The notes under the pieces were generated by a model, which searched no databases, was not told the origin of the DNA, and saw only the letters and a program-made list of their open reading frames with translations. DNA of 64,000 nucleotides from positions 17,065 to 81,064 of the forward strand of contig JAVIYP010000002.1 in assembly GCA_031323845.1 (NCBI GenBank). The letters are read 5' to 3'. Positions 60,040-64,000 of the stretch are shown one piece after another. The translations under genes and the position numbers were made by a program. Numbering within the stretch: position 1 is the stretch's first letter; each line of letters begins with the position of its first letter. Source of the stretch: Bacteroidales bacterium. GTDB taxonomy: Bacteria; Bacteroidota; Bacteroidia; Bacteroidales; UBA7960.

Positions 60040-61824
60040 CTAAAACTTATACGTGTTGTCGGCAATCAGTTTGGCTGCAATGCGTCTGCGGGCTTCCTTA
60101 ACGTTAAGCCCTTTTAAGCCGGTGAGCTTATGCATGGCAGTCATGATGCGTAAGGCTTCGTTCTCTTCAACGCAGGAATAAACAGCATCCATGGCCCACT
60201 TCCTTACCTTACTGATCGTATCATAAACAAAAACATCAAGCATATCCCTGTAAACGCCGATGTCTTCACCTTTCATGGGCGCTATCTTTTCCACCCTGAG
60301 TGCAAGCGACTCGGCAATGTACAGTTCAGAAATCATGTCGGCAATGTTGTTCATCACCTCTTGTTCGCTTACAAGCTTTCTGCCAAAGGTTGTGGAAGCG
60401 ACATGCATAGACAGAAGAATTACTTTTTTAAGGTTCTTCAGCATTTGCATTTTTTCCTGGTGGTAGCTTTCTTCTTTCTGATGACCATCGCTGATGCTGT
60501 CCAGGTTTTCAAACAACTTCTTTGCTTCACCGAAAAGGTCGTATTCCCCTTTCATCGAGCGTTTCATGGCTGTGTCGACCACCAGCAGGCGGTTGATTTC
60601 GTTAGTGCCTTCAAAAATACGGTTTATGCGGGAGTCGCGGTACCCTCTTTCCACATTCATTTCGGCTGAATAACCCATACCTCCATGGATCTGAACAGCT
60701 TCATCGACAACAAAATCGAGCATTTCGGATCCGTACACCTTTAATATGGCATCTTCCACAGCATAATGGCTGATGGCATCAATGGAGCCTCTGCCAATAT
60801 CGCAATCTTCAATACCCTTGAACCGTTCCATAAGGTCGTCAATATCCTTGCTTACGCGATAAATGGCAGATTCATGGGCGAACGTCCGTATGACCATCTC
60901 GGCAAGTTTGTGCTGTATGGCTCCAAAAGTAGCGATATATGCACCAAACTGTTTGCGCTCGTTGGCATATTTTACCGAATCGGTAATGGCCTTTTTGGCA
61001 GCACCGATAACGTTGGCACCCAGTTTCATCCTTCCCATGTGGAGTATGCTGAGAGCGATCCTGAATCCTTCTCCCCTGGCACCCAGGAGGTTTTCAACGG
61101 GAACTTTGACATCGTTATAATATATCTGCGCCGTTGAAGATCCTTTGATGCCCATCTTGTGTTCATCAGGACCGATAACTAAACCCGGAAGGTCGGAGTC
61201 GACAATAAAAGCACTGAGTATCCTGTCGTTGTCAATTTTTGCAAAAACGACCTGGGTGTCGCAAAATCCGGCGTTGGTGATCCACATCTTTTGTCCGTTG
61301 AGGATGTAATGCTTGCCGTCTTCAGACAGTTTGGCGGTGGATTTTCCGGAGTTTGCATCGCTGCCGGCACCTGGTTCAGTAAGGCAGTAGGCGCCCAGCA
61401 GTTCGCCTGTGGCGAGCCTGGTGACGTACCTCTGGCGCTGATCTTCGTTGCCATAATACATGATCGGTAAGGTTCCTATTCCGCAATGTGCCATAAAGGC
61501 CACAGAGAACGAATAACCAGCCCCTATCGTCTCTGCAGCAAGCATTTGCGTGACAAACGACTGTCCAAATCCACCGTACTCCTCCGGAATGGAAATACCC
61601 ATCAGTCCCAATTCACCTGATTTTTTCAGAATCTCCTTCATCAGACCACGGTCACCTTTATCAAGATCATCAAGGCGTGGAAGCACTTCGGCTTCCAGAA
61701 AATCTTCACAGGTTTGCGCAATCATTTGCTGTTCCTCGTTATACTCTTCCGGAACAAATACATCCTTGGTTTCTACTTCGCGAACAAGGAATTCACCACT
61801 TTTCAGGTATTTCTTTTTCTCCAT
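60040..61824 (-). CDS. Acyl-CoA dehydrogenase family protein (long form)
   Basis: 594 aa. ACAD N, middle and C-terminal domains (CLTEPGAGSD; IHGGMGY; FEGTNEI) plus about 170 aa of C-terminal extension. Confidence 0.88.
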   Translation of the reverse strand: MEKKKYLKSGEFLVREVETKDVFVPEEYNEEQQMIAQTCEDFLEAEVLPRLDDLDKGDRGLMKEILKKSGELGLMGISIPEEYGGFGQSFVTQMLAAETIGAGYSFSVAFMAHCGIGTLPIMYYGNEDQRQRYVTRLATGELLGAYCLTEPGAGSDANSGKSTAKLSEDGKHYILNGQKMWITNAGFCDTQVVFAKIDNDRILSAFIVDSDLPGLVIGPDEHKMGIKGSSTAQIYYNDVKVPVENLLGARGEGFRIALSILHMGRMKLGANVIGAAKKAITDSVKYANERKQFGAYIATFGAIQHKLAEMVIRTFAHESAIYRVSKDIDDLMERFKGIEDCDIGRGSIDAISHYAVEDAILKVYGSEMLDFVVDEAVQIHGGMGYSAEMNVERGYRDSRINRIFEGTNEINRLLVVDTAMKRSMKGEYDLFGEAKKLFENLDSISDGHQKEESYHQEKMQMLKNLKKVILLSMHVASTTFGRKLVSEQEVMNNIADMISELYIAESLALRVEKIAPMKGEDIGVYRDMLDVFVYDTISKVRKWAMDAVYSCVEENEALRIMTAMHKLTGLKGLNVKEARRRIAAKLIADNTYKF

Positions 61825-61844
61825 TTTTTTTCCGATTTATAGAT

Positions 61845-62642
61845 TCATATGCCCAGTGAGAGGGCTATTAATTCAGCGATATCATAGTTCTTTATTTCAT
61901 GCTCACGGTTTTTGTACTTGATGCCGTCTGTCATCATTGTCATACAGAAAGGACATGCGGTGGCAATAACTTCCGGTTGTACTCTCAGCGCTTCTTCCGT
62001 CCGTTCGATAAAAACTTCCTTGTCGCCTTTTTCGGCTTCTTTGAAGTACTGCCCCCCTCCGGCTCCGCAGCATAAAGCAAAATATCTGTTTCGCTCCATC
62101 TCGATGAGCTGCCCCCTGAGCGAAGTCAGAACCCTGCGCGGGGATTCAAGGATTTCGTTAGCCCTGCCCAGATAACACGGATCGTGATAAGTAATGCGCA
62201 CGCCTTCAAAGCGTTTGGTGTCAGGTTTAAGAGCACCGGTGGCGATGGCATCATCGAGAAAGTCAACATAACTTATCACCTCATAATGACCTCCAAGTTC
62301 AGGGTATTCATTTTTGAAAACATTATAGCAGTGAGGACAGATGGTGATGATTTTACTGACTTCATATGCATTGAACAGTTCTATGAGCTGCAGGGCCTGC
62401 ATCTGGAAGAGCATTTCGTTACCGGCACGCCGGGCAGGATCGCCGGTGCAGCTTTCTTCTTTCCCGAGAACGGCATAACTGGTTTCCAGGTGATTCAGAA
62501 TAGAGGCAAAGGCACGGGTCACCTTCTTGTACCTGTCGTCGAAAGCGCCGGCGCAACCCACCCAGAACAGGTATTCGGCCTTTTCGCCCCTGGCCGCTAA
62601 ATCGGCCATTACGGGGATGCTGATGGTTTCTTTTGTTGACAT
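61845..62642 (-). CDS. CCG-domain (HdrD/GlpC-like) Fe-S subunit
   Basis: 265 aa with two cysteine-rich CCG-type domains: VGCAG...ICPHC and ALCCGAGGG...ACPFC. Confidence 0.8.
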   Translation of the reverse strand: MSTKETISIPVMADLAARGEKAEYLFWVGCAGAFDDRYKKVTRAFASILNHLETSYAVLGKEESCTGDPARRAGNEMLFQMQALQLIELFNAYEVSKIITICPHCYNVFKNEYPELGGHYEVISYVDFLDDAIATGALKPDTKRFEGVRITYHDPCYLGRANEILESPRRVLTSLRGQLIEMERNRYFALCCGAGGGQYFKEAEKGDKEVFIERTEEALRVQPEVIATACPFCMTMMTDGIKYKNREHEIKNYDIAELIALSLGI

Positions 62643-62661
62643 GAAATTGATTTACATTCGA

Positions 62662-63969
62662 TTATCCGGCCCATTGCATCCGGTCTTCATTTGAGAACTG
62701 CCAGGGCGCCCCGTTATTCTCTATGTTTGAGAAAGCTGCATTGAGCTCTCCGGGAGCCGCAGCCTTTTCCATCACCAGGTAACGCCGCAGCTCAAGAATC
62801 ACAGCCAGTGGGTCGATATTGACCGGGCATTCCTGAACGCATGCATTACACGTGGTGCAGGCCCATAATTCCTCATCGCTGATGCGGTCAAACAGGCTTT
62901 GGCCATCATCTGCGCCCTTTCCGTTCTTTTTAACGTTCTTGCCAATTTCTTCTATTCTATCCCTTACATCCATAACTATCTTCCTGGGCGAAAGCTTTTT
63001 ACCAGTTATATTTGCAGGACAACTTGAAGTGCATCGGCCACACTCGGTGCAGGTATAGGCATCCATAAGCTGTTTCCAGTTAAGGTCGGTGGCGTCTTTT
63101 GCCCCGAACTGCCCGATGTCATCTGCCGGCGGAGCTTCACTTGCGGCAGTTGCCATTTCGGGATTCAGCATCATTTTGATCTCATTGGTAATGCCGGGCA
63201 TGTTGTCCATCTTGCCCAAAGGTCCCAGTTTCCCGAAATAAACGTTTGGAAACGAAAGAAAAACGTGCAGATGTTTTGAATAGGGAATATAATTTAGAAA
63301 TATAAGCACTCCAATGATGTGAAACCACCAGCCGGCGCGTTCAAGAGCAATCAGGGAACTGTCGCTCAATCCCGAAAACCAGCCGTGCATCAGATCGCTG
63401 ATCAGAAAAGCACCCATGGCGGGGTAATATGCATCGCCCCTTGCCTGGAGTAAGCCGTCAGCTGCATTCATCACAAGTATGGAAGACATAAGCAGGATCT
63501 CGGTTACCAGGATGATGTTGGCATCGGATCGCGGCCATGTGGTCATTTCCCGGTTCCAGAAACGGCGCAATCGGATCATGTTTCTTCTCACAAGAAAAAT
63601 CACACAAGCCAGAATGACCAGTACGGCAAATATTTCGAATATGGAGATCAGCACAGGATAGATGCTTCCGAGAAAGGCCAGTATGCGATGTGTCCCGAAA
63701 ATGCCGTCAATAAGAATTTCCAGCATTTCTATGTTGATGACGATAAAACCAACATAGACGAAAATGTGCATGATGGCCGAGATAGGCCGGGAGGTCATTT
63801 TGGATTGCCCAATGGCAACCAGGAGCATGTTCTTCCAGCGCTGGCTTTTGTTGTCGTCAATCCGGATCTTTTTGCCCATTTTGATGTTTTGGGAGATCCG
63901 GCGGATATTTTTAGTGAACAGCAGGGCTGCTGCAATCAGGAGCAGGCTGAAAATAAAATTTGAGATCAT
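62662..63969 (-). CDS. Membrane Fe-S protein: N-terminal multi-TM (cytochrome b-like) domain plus 2x[4Fe-4S] ferredoxin domain
   Basis: 435 aa. About 5 TM with conserved His residues (IMHIFVY; WWFHIIG; KHLHVF), then CTECGRCTSSCP and CTTCNACVQECP. Confidence 0.8.
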   Translation of the reverse strand: MISNFIFSLLLIAAALLFTKNIRRISQNIKMGKKIRIDDNKSQRWKNMLLVAIGQSKMTSRPISAIMHIFVYVGFIVINIEMLEILIDGIFGTHRILAFLGSIYPVLISIFEIFAVLVILACVIFLVRRNMIRLRRFWNREMTTWPRSDANIILVTEILLMSSILVMNAADGLLQARGDAYYPAMGAFLISDLMHGWFSGLSDSSLIALERAGWWFHIIGVLIFLNYIPYSKHLHVFLSFPNVYFGKLGPLGKMDNMPGITNEIKMMLNPEMATAASEAPPADDIGQFGAKDATDLNWKQLMDAYTCTECGRCTSSCPANITGKKLSPRKIVMDVRDRIEEIGKNVKKNGKGADDGQSLFDRISDEELWACTTCNACVQECPVNIDPLAVILELRRYLVMEKAAAPGELNAAFSNIENNGAPWQFSNEDRMQWAG

Positions 63970-64000
63970 GTGTATAAACCCTTATGATGATTTCGATTCC

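Overview
This 64 kb window looks like a gene-dense (about 90% coding) core chromosomal region of a Bacteroidota-type genome. Three things support that assignment. The Bacteroidetes -7 promoter box TAnnTTTG occurs as a perfect match 16-57 nt upstream of at least 14 start codons. Shine-Dalgarno sequences are largely absent. The gene set is typical: a Bat/MoxR aerotolerance operon, split transketolase, DUF349, DUF6580, and S16 with a long Lys/Glu/Ala-rich tail.

About 55 protein genes are supported:
- Housekeeping: secA, smpB, dnaE, trxA, uvrB, mutL, gyrA, clpB, clpC, rpsP, rimM.
- Transporters: ZupT, a sodium:solute symporter, a DMT transporter, DUF6580, and a LolC/E-like permease.
- An 8-gene MoxR-DUF58-TM-BatABCDE operon.
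- An ECF sigma module.
- An acyl-CoA dehydrogenase next to a split membrane Fe-S/CCG oxidoreductase.

I saw no rRNA, tRNA, CRISPR array, transposase, integrase or recognisable defence system.

The least ordinary signal is non-coding. A paralogous repeat/promoter cassette is duplicated upstream of two adjacent genes (10.7-10.93 kb and 11.44-11.61 kb). The two copies share a 26-nt identical core of 8-nt-period YTKCACAT repeats and a conserved 40-nt segment. That segment carries a perfect minus-oriented TATATTTG promoter box next to the start codon. Small Cys-rich minus-strand ORFs run through the arrays.

Other items worth a second look:
- An orphan DUF58 plus an output-less TM-PAS sensor downstream of trxA.
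- A split EMO-like Fe-S complex.
- An Rrf2-zupT pair.
- A C8/G8 tract in batD.
- Several structured leaders.

All family calls come from motif recognition by eye. No searches were run.
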